Shown piece by piece: positions 38,786 to 52,079 of a stretch of DNA of 64,000 nucleotides; position 1 is the stretch's first letter; each line of letters opens with the position of its first letter. The notes under the pieces were generated by a model. That model saw nothing but the letters and a program-made list of their open reading frames with translations, made no database searches and was not told the DNA's origin. The DNA comes from Mobula hypostoma (Eukaryota), in assembly GCF_963921235.1 (NCBI RefSeq), contig NC_086097.1, positions 5,208,001-5,272,000 of the forward strand, read 5' to 3'. The position numbers and the translations under genes were made by a program.

Positions 38786-40647
38786 CTCTTTCATATAATT
38801 TACCACCTTTGCTGTTTCACTGGCAATGTTTAGTGTTTATGCTCATAGACTAAGACTGGTTTAACTCCTGAGACAGCAACGTCGACCCTAACTGAAGAGT
38901 ATCCACAGCAGTTTTAAGCTCTGACTGAGGAGAGTTTTGGTTCTTTTTTGTGCTGAAATGTTGACAAGGATATGTTTAAGGTGTAGAGTGGTGATTAGCG
39001 TGACACTATTACAGCTCAGAGTGTTGGAGTTCAGAGTTCAATTCAGGTACATCTGTAAGAAAATTGTACGTCCTTCCTGTGTAGCATATAGGTTTCCTCT
39101 GGGGTGCTCAAGTTTCCTCTCACAGTACAAAGTTAGTAGATTAAATTATCATTGTAAACTGTTCCGTGATTAGGTTAGGGTTAAGTAGGTGGGTTGCTGG
39201 GTAGTGTGAGTCTTTGGGCCAGAAGGATCTGTTCCATGCTGTATCTCTAAATAAAAATATAAATAAAATGCTTAGTTTAAGTTTATGGTGATATGCTTAT
39301 AGTAAGTTTGGTAAGGCGGAGTACGAGGAAAACCTTCCGCAATATCACAAGGATATATGTTATGCATGAAATTATGCCACAACTGTGGTGGCGACTGAAG
39401 GTTTGGAGCTGCTGAGGGTTTCTGGTATCGGGCTTGAGGTGCAATCCAGATTCCCAAAAGCAAAACACTGCGGATGCTGGAATTGTAAAATAAAATCAGA
39501 AAGCACTGGTAATACAGACAGTGTCTAAGGAGAGAGAAACAGGGTTAAAATGTCTCTGGTCAAATCAGAACTGACTTGCACAGTTTTTCTAGCTCTTGAG
39601 GTGGCATAATTTTAAGGTGTTGGACAAAAGTACAGGAGGGATATCAGAGGCAGATTTTATTAAAAAAAAGAGTGGTAGGTGTTATTTTATTTTAATTTAG
39701 AGATACAGCATGGAACCAGCCCTGCTGTCTGTTCCCAGCAACCCACCTAGCCTAACGTCAGGAGAATTTACAATGACCAGTTAACCTAATCGGCACGTCT
39801 TTGGAATGTGAGAGGAAACTGAAGCACCCGGAGGAAACCCACTCTTTCACAGGGAGAACATACCAATTCCTTACAGGAGACACCAGAATTGACCTCTGAA
39901 CTGTGGAATACCCTGAGGTGCAATAGCACTGCCCTACCCACAACACTATAGTGGCACCCTAGGTGTGTGCAACACGCTACTAGTGTGGTGGTGGAGGCAG
40001 ATACATTCGGAACATTTAAGAGACTCTGAGATAGGCTCATTAATGAAAGCAAAATGGAGGGCTATGTGGGAGGGAAGGGTTAAAGCAGGTTAAAGGTTCA
40101 GACCAACATCATGGGCCAAAGGGCCTGTACTGTTCTACGTAAAGCAAGAAGAACAAGCAGGCTCATAGTTAGAGGTCGGGTTGCACTATCCGATTTTACC
40201 TCATGTTTTCAAGTCAGAGATTAATGAAGGGAAATCCAGTCTGTCCTGTTAATTCTTTATTCAATCATTTCAAAGTTACAGAAACAAGGCACAAGCTGAT
40301 TCCAATTACTCATTCTTTTTAAAATTATTAACATGTATTTTGCTCCTCTAATGGATGTGAGTCCTAATTTTCCTATGCATGGTTTAATATAATTGTCCTA
40401 GAAATGACCGGATCTGATATTAAAATGATAGATTCTCATTCTTACTTAGCTGTGTGCTTGCATTTTACAGGAGAGGATCACGCACTATGACCAGACCTAT
40501 CATTTCAATCAAAAAAAAGTCATTATGGTTTATCAAACGAGACTGAATAACACCATTACCACATTCATATCATTTCACACCTTTGTGGCTCGCTGCTGCT
40601 GTTTCTATGACTCGCCAAGTCCATGCTGACCAATCAGCGACGTCCAC

Positions 40648-40947
40648 ACTTACTTACTGCCTGTTAGGCTGCTGATGCTTCGGGCCGCAATGAATGTCCT
40701 CCATTTTCGTTGCTGGTTCCGCAACAATTTTTTAGACCAGTCAGGGTTGTTAGCGCTGAGTTGAACCCTCGAACCTGGAGGACCAGTGGACCACTCTTAG
40801 TCTGGCCTCTGCCCTTTGACCTGTTTAGCGTGGATGACCCTACCGAGAATCAAAGCACAAGGCCCTGATTCCAGCCAACATGGCTCTCTGGGTCAGTGAG
40901 GCCCACAAGCCTCCAGACCACAACAAGGCTGTGGTCCTCTTGGAGGT
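40648..40947 (-). mobile_element. Short RTE derivative (5' UTR joined to 3' end)
   Basis: rc begins GGACCACAGCCTTGTTGTGG...GAGCCATG...GGTAGGGTCA...GTGGTCCACTGG, resembling BovB/Rex3 5' UTRs; ends in a (TAAG)n tail. Confidence 0.6.
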
Positions 40948-41856
40948 GGTCCTACATTAATCATGATTATTTAAGAATAAGAATTAGCTTTAATATTACT
41001 GGCATACATCATGGAATTTGATGTTTAGTGGCAGCAGTGCATTGCAATATATAATAATTTAAAACACTATAAATTACAATATGAAATATATTTTTTAAAA
41101 TTAATTAAGTAAGTAGAACCAAAAGAGAGTAAAGAAGGACAAATAGTGAGGTGGTATACACGGGTTCATGATCTATTCAGAAATCAGATGGCAGAGTGAA
41201 AGAAGCTGTTCCTAAACACTGAGTGTGTGTCTTCAGGCTCCTGTACCTCCTCCTTGACGGTAGCAATGAGAAGAGGGCATGTCCTGGATACGGCATTTCC
41301 TGCTGAAGATGTCATCAATGCTGGTGCCCACCATGGAGCTGGCTATATTTGCAACCTCCTGCAGTTTTTTCCCAATCCTGTGCAGTCACCCCTTCACTAC
41401 TCCTCAGATTCTACTGTTGACTTACATGAACAATTCACAGCAATTTACATAAGTAATTTAATGTACCCATCTTTGAGGTGTTGGGAGAAATCAGTACACT
41501 CGAGAGAAACCCATGCAGTGGTGGATAGAATGTGCAAACTCCACACAGCAGTACCCAATGTCAGAACTGAACTCAAGTCTCTTGCTCTGTGAAGCAGTAG
41601 CCCTGCACACTGTGCCATTTTGCCAAATTCCACTTTTCATTATCTCTTTGTTTCAAGCATTATTGATGAGAACATATTTCCCTATAATCCGGAGTTAAGC
41701 ATTTTCAGACAATGTGTGAACAAAGAAGAGTCAAACACAAACTTTTGTGATTGTGAGTTACTGGTCTATATTCTGGCTAGTGTGCTGTGTGGCAGTATGG
41801 AACAGGGGACACACTGTAAATCTATCAAGATTGCTTCTTTAGTGATGGGTTTAAAA

Positions 41857-43075
41857 CACTGGTCCCCAACCACCAGGCCATGGACCGGTACCGGGCCACA
41901 AAGCATTCGCTACCGGGCTGCAGGGAAACGATATGATTTGGCGACATGAGTCAGCTGCACTTTTCCTCATTCCCTGTCACGCACACTGTTGAACTTGAAC
42001 GCACACGAGGTCATTACCTGCGCGTCATCCATGTCAGCGCGGGAAGGAGATCTACCCCTCGAGCCTGCAAATGACAACGGGCTGAAAAGTATGTTTGACA
42101 TAACATCTCTGCCGGCATTCTGGATCAAAGTCAAGGCTAAATATCCTGAGATAGCCACAAAAGCACCGAAAACCTTGCTTCCATTTCAAACATATCTCTG
42201 CAATGAATGCAATGAAAACTAAATTGCGGAATGGACTGGACATAAGGAACCCCGTTCGAGTATCGCTGTCTCCCATCACCCCTCGATAGGACCGTCTTGT
42301 TGCAGGGAAACAAGCCCAGGGCTCCCACTGATACAGCGAATTTGGTGTGTTGCAATGATTTTATATGTTCATACAGGGAAAATATGTGCTGTGTGTTTAA
42401 TATCCAAATATTATTTAAAATGTTATGATGCTATTGACTTATAAGTGACCTATATAACCATATAACAATTACAGCACGGAAACAGGCCATCTCTGCCCTT
42501 CTAGTCCGTGCCGAACGCTACTCACACCTAGTCCCACCGACCTGCACTCAGCCCATAACCCTCCATTCCTTTCCTGTCCATATATCTATCCAATTTTTCT
42601 TTAAATGATAATATCGAACCTGTCTCTATCACTTCTACTGGAAGTTCGTTCAACACTTTCTTCAAGCTCCCCTGTTCTCCCCTGATAATTGACTTATCAT
42701 TATATCCATGCGAGGAAAATATGTGCTGTGTGTTTAATATTAAATATGTTAGATAAATCGTTTTAGAAATGAAATTGAGTGTATTAGCCACTTATCACCT
42801 CTATTTCAGTTGTGATTAACACCCCCCACCCCCGAACAGAATCGCCAGAAATGATTTGTAGAAAAATAAATCGGCACGTACACGCATGCGCACACAGGTG
42901 CCCACGCAAGGCTTCCGGTCATGGTAGTCTTTCTCGGGGTAAACACAACATATTTGACTGCTACTCTTGTCCGTTGGCACTGCTACTCTTGTACCCCCCC
43001 CCGGGGTTGGCCAGTCCGCAAGAATATTGTCAATAATAAACTGGTTCGCGGTGCAAAAAAGTTTGGGGACCCCTG
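41857..43075 (+). mobile_element. hAT-Charlie non-autonomous DNA transposon (MER1/Charlie3-like)
   Basis: Perfect 8-bp TSD GTTTAAAA (41849-41856, 43076-43083); TIRs CACTGGTCCCCAAC / rc CAGGGGTCCCCAAA; transposase C-terminal remnant FWIKVKAKYPEIA...LLPF.TYLC...KQAQGSH*; internal CR1 tail at about 42450-42656. Confidence 0.9.
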
Positions 43076-43380
43076 GTTTAAAACATACAATAGCTTTTGG
43101 CAGAAAGTGTGATGGGTACGTGAGAGAGATTCAATGTCAGGGAAACAGGATGGGGAGCAGATCTGTTGAGGATAGTCTCGAGAGGTTAAATTTTATCCTC
43201 AGTCATTGTGAAGAACAATACAATTTTACCTAAATAAACCTCAGCCTATGACTCTGTCAATTATAGATGCTTCCGCTCTATAAAATGGCCTGCTGCACTC
43301 TTAAAAGCTTTAGAAATGAATGTAAATCAATGTCCCCACCTCAAACAATGGTCTGCACTTTTGATATGTGACCAGAAAAT

Positions 43381-43622
43381 TGTGGTCTATTTAATATTTC
43401 AGTAATGTTTGAGTAATCTTGTGTTGGTTGATTCAGCATTCCTGTATATTTAAATAATTCATTACATGTTATATGTATAAATACGTGAATTGTATACGTT
43501 ATCAAGCTACTACATAATATGTGCGCATCTCACTTAAAGTAAACACAAAGTAAGACTCACAGTTTGGACTCCCATATCTTCCTTTGAATTAGTTCAATGT
43601 TTTGAAGTTATAAAACATAACA
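43381..43622. mobile_element. Candidate solo LTR
   Basis: 242 bp, TG...CA termini, flanked by GAAAAT direct repeats (43375-43380, 43623-43628). Confidence 0.55.
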
Positions 43623-43974
43623 GAAAATGTGTCAGTTCAACTGGTAATGTGCCATTTTGATTGCATTGACAAGAATGGCATTAGAAAGGTCAGAATAGCT
43701 CAATCTGAATAACAATGTGAGACAGCTTTGCAACAGAGTTAAATGTGGCCAGTTTTAAATGACAATCTCTTGGTAGATTAATATTTTGTAGGAACACATA
43801 CCTCGAATAGATGATATGTTTTTTTAAAGAATTACTAATCTAATCCAACACATTTATTTGAAATGAAGTATTTTGAGATAACTTGGGTTACAAACTTCTT
43901 TTTCTTCCAAGGCAAAACTGTGCAATGTGGGTGAAAAATTACTTTAATAAGGAGAAGTGTCCGTTCAATATGAA

Positions 43975-44645
43975 TAAACTCTTCTTGGGCTTCCAGCCGG
44001 TACAGGTATTAACTATAACCAATGTTTCGATGACAAACTCTGTCATCTTCTTCAGGGGTGATCCCTGGGCATATGCTAGTCCGGTGCTATTTATCTAGTC
44101 CTTCCCTCCTGATTGGTTAATCCTCATCCAATCAGGTTTCCACTCTCCTACCTTGTTGACAATTAAATTCCAGTTCTTACTTAGCGCGAAACCTTCGACT
44201 TTGTAAAAATTCTTTTCCTCTAGTTTTATTTCAATGGCTTCCTTTACCAGGTTAAAATAAAAACATTTGGTGTGCCACAGTAGTCTTGTGCTGTCAAAGT
44301 CAATCCTATGGCCATTGCAAATGCAATGTTCTGTTACTGCTGAATTCTTCAGGTAACCGAAAATGGATACACCTCCTGTCCTCCTTGATGTGAGCTTCCA
44401 CCGTGCATCCTGACTGGCCAATATATACTGCGCTCTATTCACAGGGAATCCTGTAAACACCAGCCCACCTGAGTCCCAGGGCATCTTTGGCCAGCGTAAA
44501 GTGTGATTTGAGCTTCCTTATGGGTTTGTGGATAGTCTAAATCCAGTGTTTCTTCAGGATCCTGGCGATCCTTCCAGAAACCATGGAAATATAGGAAAGA
44601 CAGGCGGTAGCAATGGGGTCCTCCTTGTTGTTTGGTTTCCTGGTT
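43975..44645 (-). mobile_element. Second Penelope-like family (Poseidon/Penelope-type GIY-YIG C-terminus)
   Basis: SAVTEHCICNGHRIDF...KEAIEIK in ORF 44095..44484; hammerhead-like motif just downstream. Confidence 0.7.
44015..44060 (-). ncRNA. Hammerhead-like motif, second family
   Basis: rc CCC-CUGAAGA-A-GAUGACA(GAGUU)UGUCAUC-GAAAC-AUU-GG: core boxes and a 7-bp stem II present; stems I and III weak. Confidence 0.55.
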
Positions 44646-47600
44646 TTTCCAAATATTGAGCTGAATACTAGTTCCTCCTCCACTCTCGGCTTCAACACCT
44701 TAATCATTTTAGTTTGGCTCAGCGCTTAAAATCGGACAAATATTGCTTCATTATCTGCTCTTGGGTTCAGGCTCTGCTGCTTCAATCCGGCCCGAAGTCC
44801 ACTCTGGTAATGACTGCTGCTACTATACCTGCAAGTTCAAGAGCCCAGTTCACTGAATATTTCAGGATAACACAAAAAACTCCAGGTGTTACAGCTAGTT
44901 CAAAAGCACACCTCCCAGCTGAAAATTACAAACTGCAGGTTTCAGTGATCATAATCCCAAAAGTGTATTTGTAGTACAATTGTTAGTAGTTTTGTTATCT
45001 GTCTGAAAATCGTTGCTGTGTCTCACCAGCGCCATCTTCGTGCAATGATAGGTACCCCAAAGCTGCCTCTCCATGACCAAGGACGAACAACAGTGTGAAG
45101 AAAGACAACAAAACTGTGCTAATACCAAAACAGAAAAAAAAAAATGATAAATAAATAAGCAATAAATATTGAGTTGTAGAGTCCTTAAGAGTAAGTCTGT
45201 AGATTCTGAAATCAGTTCTATGAGGGGTGAAATGAGCTATCCCCTCTGGTTCAAGAGCCTGATGGGTGAGGAGTAATAACTGTTCTTGGGCCTGGTGGTG
45301 TGAGTCCTGAGGCTCCTGGACCTTCTTCCTGATGGCAGCAGTGAGAAGAGAGATGGAAGAACACAACAGATTGAGCAGCATCTGCGGGAAGAAGTAAATT
45401 GTTGATGTTTCAAGTTGAAATCTTGCATCAGACCAAACACAGGAAAGCAGCATCCACCGCCTAGGAAACTCACCTCCCTACTGCTCTCTTCTCTCACAAA
45501 CAAGAGAAAATCTGCAGATGCTGGAAATCTGAGCTGCGCACAAAATGCTGGAGGAACTCAGCAGGCCAGGCAGCATCTATGGAAAAGAGTACAGTCGATG
45601 TTTTGGGTTGAAACCCTCTTCTCTCAGCTGCCATCAGGAAGAAGGTAGAGGAGCCTTAGGATTCACACCACCAGGTTCAGGAACAGTTGTTACCCTCAAT
45701 CATCAGGCTCTTGAACAAAAGGGGATAACCACTCAACTTCACTTGCCCCACCATTGAAATGTTCCCACAACCTATGGACTCACTTTCAAGGATTCTTCAT
45801 CTCACATCGTTGATATTTATTGCTTTTTCTTTCTCTTTTGTATTTGTGCAGTTTGTTATCTTTTGGACATTGCTGGTTTATCCGTCCTGTAGGGTGTGGT
45901 CTTTCATTGATTCTATATGTTTTGTATTATAGTTCTTAGATTTACTGAGGATGCCCTTAAGAAAATGAATCTCAGGGTTGTGTATAGTGACGTACATGTA
46001 CTGTGATAATAAATTTACTGTTAACTTTGAAATTCAGGCTTTCGACTTGAAACATTAATCATTCTGCTCCTTGCCGAGATGCTGATTTTTCCAGCCGTTG
46101 TTTATTGCTGTTGATTACAGGATTGCAGTCCCTTGTGTGTCAAACAGCAATGGAACTCGGGATTGAACGATCATTTTTGCTGGTTGTTCAACGGGTAAAG
46201 CCCTCTCCACCACTAAGCAGATTTACAAGGATCGATATTTATTGTTTACTTAATTATTATTTTTTTTCTTTCTGTTTGGTATGTTCACAATTTGCTGTTT
46301 TTTGCAAACTGTCTTGTGTGAGGTTTTTCATTGATTCCATTATTTTTTGATTTGCTATGAATGCCCACAGGAAAATGGATCTCGTGGTGACATGTATGTA
46401 TTTTGATAATACACTAACTTGGAACTTTGACGTTGAGCGACAGAAGCAGGTTTAGTAGTTGTGCTCCTTTGCTGCTGATCTCAATTGTTCCCCACAATTA
46501 AATCTCTTTGATTCGGATTTTGCCATCAACACATCAATATCGACAAATATGATTCCATTCTGCCCTGCAAGCAGGAACTGTTCGTCCATTTCCAACATGC
46601 GACATCCTCTCAGCAGATCCTTACAAAGGATGGCCAAGACCGTTGCGAGGGTCACTGGGGTCTCTCTTCCACCCATCCAAGATATTTACCAGGAGTGCTG
46701 CGTACACAGGGCCCTTAGCATCGTTAATGATCCCTCCTGTCCAACAATCTATTTGACTCCCTATCATCTCAGGCAGGAGTACCATCACATTGGGACAAGA
46801 CTATTAGGTTGGGAAACAAGTTCTTCCCTCAGGCTGCGAGACTACTGAACTCCCTGACACCGCACAGGTCCCATCACATATGAAGCACCAATAACATTAT
46901 ACTGTTTATTTTTTAACTTGTGTCGTAAATGCACCTTATTATTTATTAATTTATTTATGGTAAAATTGCTTTATGTGCTTTGTGAGTTATATGTACTGTG
47001 TTTTGCACCTTGGCCCAGAGGTGTGTTAGTTTGTTTGGTGGTATATATGTGTATGGCTGAATGAGAATACCTTTAAACAAGGGGTCCCTGGAGCCCGGGT
47101 TGGGAACCACTGGCTCTGGACGAATGTTGTTTCATTTCATGGTATAGCTGTGTGTGGTTGAAAGACAATAAACTGAACTTGAATTTGGTCCAACAAAGCT
47201 CCCAACATTGTTCTAGTCTCTAGAGTTGCAGTTCGGTTTATATGAAATCACTTCCTATGGGTAAGCTGTTTTTTATATCATTTCCTGTGCGGGTTAGTTA
47301 TGTTCTGAGCACACAATGGAAAGACATTCATCCACGTCCTCTCTATATTTTCCCTTGAAATAGCAATATCTGTAGTCTTTAGTTTTTGGAATGTTGGTAA
47401 ACATTTAGTTGATATATTTTGAAGGAAGTATTATGCTTAATTTTGTCCTTGTGTCACGAATTTACTCTTGTTTACAGAATATCATTATGTGAGTATATTC
47501 ACACATGTGTATGTTAACAGCGGTTGAGAGAATAATCAACAGGATTAGTATATTCAGGTGTGCAAAGAATCTGTATTCAATCTAATACATATTTTACTTA

Positions 47601-47874
47601 ACTCTCTGCAGTTTCAAAGTAAAGAAATCTAATTAAAAACCCCAATGAAAGCTTCCATCTTGGGTATGATTAAAAAAGGTCAGAGTGCTGAGACCAGAGG
47701 AGAGGGATGGGCTGGTGTTCGGCTCGCCGCTCGCGAGGTTTACTCAGCTCTGAGCTGAACTGAGGCTGTGGCCTGCAGCTAACCGGCTCCTGAATCAGCT
47801 ACAGTGATGACTGGCTTTGTGGCTGTGGACCCATTTCCATAAACTTCAGTTCTGAATGTTATTTGCTTACTTTT

Positions 47875-48430
47875 ATAGAGTCATAGAGAAATGCTGCACA
47901 GAAACAGACCCTTTGGCTCATCTAGTCCATGCCGAAACCATTTAAACTGCATTCTCCCTTAGCTTTCACTACCTCTACCATCCATGTACCTATCCAAATT
48001 TTGCTAAAATGAGGAAATTGAGCTCACATGCACTATTTGTGCTGGCAGCTCATTCCACACTCTCATCACCCTCTGAGTGAAGTTGTTTTCCCTCATGTTC
48101 TCCTTTAACATTTCACCTGTTACCCATGACCTCTGATTGTAGTCTCACCCAACCTCTGTGAAAAAATCCTGCTTGCATTTACCCTACTTATACCCTTCAT
48201 AATTTTGTATACCTCTGTAAAATTTCCTCTCAGTCTTCTATGTTCTAAGGAACAAAGACCTAACTTATTCGATCTTTCCTTATAACTCAGGTCCCCTAGA
48301 CCTGGCATTATCCTAGTAAATTTTCTCTGCACTCTTTCAATCTTATTGACTACTTTCCTGTGGGTAGCTAATCAAAACTGCAAATGATATCCCAAATTAG
48401 ACCTCACCAACATCTTATACAACTTCAACA
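47875..48430 (-). mobile_element. CR1 3' fragment
   Basis: QRKFTRIMPGL..RRLRGNFTEVYKIM. Confidence 0.8.
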
Positions 48431-51400
48431 TAACGTTGTTTGCATGGTTTGCTTTTTCTGCACATTGGGTGTTTGACATTCTTCTTTTTGTAATCGGTTC
48501 TATTGGGCTTCTTTGTTTTGTGGCTGCCTGTAAGGAGACAAATCTATGTATAGCGTACATACTTTTGTAATACATTTATGTTTGTACTTTGAACTTTGAG
48601 TGTATTTCATAGCTGTGTACAGATCCACATTAAGGGTAGTAGGAATGTTTTAGATTTCCTCTTATTGACATTGCTGATCTTTAAGTCATTTATAGGTTTG
48701 TCGAATGACACAGGCAATATGTCATTCCTATGTTGTCTAAAAGTGCACCCACTTCTGAGATTAATAAGAGGCTGATGAGGGATGAGGATTGAATTCATGT
48801 AGCGCTGGCTGGTTTCTCGTTCCCATTTATGACGGCACTACTGAGGGCAGGTGACAGCTTACTGGCAGCTCATAAAGCAAGAAATAAAACTAAGTACTTT
48901 ATTGATAACACTTTTTCTTTGGAAAATTGTGGTAAACAATCAGTGCAAGCAATGAGGAGTTGAGCGAAGGCGTGGCTGTCCCGAGGGTCAAAGCGTGTGG
49001 GTGAGACATGGAGTTGGAGCAAGGACGGGGCATGTTCAAGATGGAATCAGGGCCTGAGAAACAGAGAAAAGTCGGATTAGAGGATTTACAAACTCTGCTG
49101 AGCAAGGACATCGATCTAACAGCTAAGCCAACTTGGAAAGGTCGGGTACGGGCCAGAACGTGGCAGCGGGGTCCAGGCCCAGAGCAACAGTCGCCAGGTT
49201 CTAGTGTGAGGAACGACCCAGTACTTGGACAATTTAAATGCTGGCCTGGAAGGGTTGAAAAGGCAGTGTGTTTGGACCAGAGGCAAGGGTGGAACTTGTT
49301 CTGCTTGCTGCTCCAGAACGTTCACTCTGCTCTCCATGGACCGAGTCTGAGGCTGTGGGCCTGCTCCCGTTTCTCCGGGCTCCATGTTTGTGAGCTCCAC
49401 AGCAACTTGCCTTACTGTGTGATGGACCGAGTCTGAGGCTGTGGGCCTGCTCCCGTTTCTCCGACCTTTGAGTCTATGGACTCACTTCCATTCTGAGTGC
49501 TGTTACTTGCTTTCATTGTTTGAGTGATTAGCGTTTTTTTCTCTCTCTCTGCTCATTGTGTGTTTGTTAGTCTTCCTTTTGAATGGGTTCTTTCGGGTTT
49601 CTTGCTTTGTGGCTGTCTGTAAGGAGATGAATGTCAAGGTTGTATGATTGAAAATAAATGTACTTTGAACTTCTCTGTTTCATCCCTGTGATCTATTGTT
49701 AATCAATCAGGATATCCAAGTTACCAATTTAAATATGATAGTGAGAGCTCATAGTTTATATAAACTTCATTTGTTACAGAATGCCTCGAAATACTGTGAT
49801 TCAAAGATGATGCCTCAAAAAGGCAGAATCCATCTTTAAGAACCCCCATCACCAAGGACATACCCTCTTCTCATTGTTAACTTCAAGGAGGAGGTGCAGG
49901 AGCCTGAAGACACACACTCGATGATTCAGGAAGCGTTCCTCCACCTCTGCCATCAGATTTCTGAATGGACTAGGAACCCATGAACACTACCTCACTACTT
50001 TTTCCTTTTTGCACTTAATTTTTAAATATATATTTCTTATTGTAATTTAGTTTTTATTATTATGTATTACAATGTACTGCTGCTACAAAACAACAAGTTT
50101 CATGATGTTCTGTTTGCCAATAGTATTGAACCTGATTCAAATTCTGAGGGATGCCATGTAACTGCAAATCTCATTTTCCATAACCTGGGGATAACAATCT
50201 AATTAAACACAGAATTATTTAGATGATGATGCTTTATATTCAATTTTCCAACTCTATTAGACATTATCGCTATTTAAGCAGATTAATGGTTAAATTTATG
50301 TCTTGGTTTCAACAATAAGGAGCTTTGTGTAAACAATGAAATTCCACTTTTCAATTTGATTTACAATGTAAGATGATTCCATTAATAAATGCATTTTGTA
50401 AATCTGCTTAGAAACATAGCCTGAAATAATGTTCAGGCTTTGTGATCGTATCACAAAAAATGTATTTAGCATTTTAGCATAACACTCAGATGTTTCCAGA
50501 AGGCTTCTAGCACAGTGAGTTTAAATACACTCATTATCAATGCTAAAACTGTGGAGTGCAGCATCTATTTTTAACACAGATGCATGTGAAATGCCTTGGT
50601 AAGCATTTCACACAGTGTACTGAGGAACTAAGCTGGTCAGGCAGCATCTACGGAAATGAATAAACACTCAATGTTTCAGGACTGGAAAGGAAAGGGAAAC
50701 AAGCCAGAATAAGAAGGTGGTGGGGGGTGAATGGGAAAAATAAATGGTATGTGGTCGGAGAGTCAGAGAGAAGCAGAGATCACAGAGGGGGAGTAATGAG
50801 AGAGGTCTCATGGAACTGCCATCAAAAAGAAGATTTAAACTTCTTCAGGATAGCTGTAGAGTTATGTAACGGGTGACAGAAGACTCACAAATGTCATAAT
50901 AGAAACCGTTCTACATGTTTTACAATCACCATCGTGGAGTTGTTGTGCTCACTTTGAGAGATGGTGTCTGCTGTAATGATGTCAGTGTACGGCAGTTGCT
51001 TTTGGTTTGTTGCTAATGGAAGTAAAGAGCTGCAGCTTTTGTTAAGCACATAAATGACTCTCACTCGGTTTATTGACAAAATCCTACATTGGTGTACCTC
51101 GATGAAGCTTTGCAGTGGATCACAAATCAAAAACATAAGAGACTCTGCAGATGCTGGAAATGTCTATGCAGGAGAAACTTATACATTATAATACATTGCA
51201 ATGTACAGCTGCTGCAAAACAACAAATTTCACGACACACGCCAGTGATATGAAACCTGATTCTGATTCTATGACCATAATTAGTCTTGAACTGACTTCCT
51301 CAGAAGTGTTTCCTACTTTCCTCTCAGGTAGACTTGCACCTACTTTGAGAAGTGCAAGTATTCCTCGGGCAACGCATCACACTGATACCTTGAGTTCTGA

Positions 51401-51762
51401 TGATGGACTGGGATCAGATGGCACTCTTACCAAAGGTGAGGGCCTTTGTCAAATACTAGATACGATTTTTCTTAAAACTGCCGATGCTGGAAAACCTCAA
51501 TAAGAACAGAAAGTGCTAGAAACACACAGCAGAACAGGTAGCATCTGGGGAAAGGGAAACAGAGTTAACATTTCTTGTTAACGTCATGTATGTGCTGGTC
51601 CAGAGCATGAAGTGTGGAGATAAATCAAGACCATGCATGTGCTGATCCTTAACACTGAACCTTAGCACAGATCATAATAGCTGATAAATTCAGGAAGATT
51701 GGGTAGATTATTTTATGGACGTATAAGCTATATACAATCTGTGTATATACCTAAGCTATCTT

Positions 51763-52079
51763 GAGAAGAAGGCATCCGTTAGTCTTGCGAGACCATGGAT
51801 CTGCGCCTGGAAAGTCTTCACTCTCCAGGTCACAGGCCTGGGCAAGGTTGTATGGAAGACCGGCAGTTGCCCATGCTGCAAGTCTCCCCTCTCCACGACA
51901 CCAATGTTGTCCCAGGGAAGGGTATTAGGACCCATACAGCTTGGCACCAGTGTCGTCGCAGAGCAATGTGTGATTAAGTACCTTGCTCAAGGACACAACA
52001 CGTTCCCTCGGCTGGGGCTCGAACTCACGACCTTCAGGTCACCAGTCCAATGCCTTAACCACTTGGCCACATACACACA
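51763..52079 (-). mobile_element. tRNA-derived CORE-type SINE with RTE-like tail
   Basis: rc: A box GTGGCCAAGTGG, B box GAGTTCGAGCC, CORE-like GTGTCCTTGAGCAAGGTACTTAA; 12-bp TSD CTAAGCTATCTT (51751-51762, 52080-52091). Confidence 0.85.

Noticed and set aside
40440..40630. Possible splice acceptor followed by an open frame (ERITHYDQ...)
   Set aside because: No recognisable protein, no convincing donor site, and it runs into repeat sequence.
47078..47112. Tiny hAT-like inverted ends
   Set aside because: Too short and degenerate, and no clear 8-bp TSD.
52000..52072. tRNA-like sequence
   Set aside because: It is the head of a TSD-flanked SINE and lacks a proper acceptor stem.
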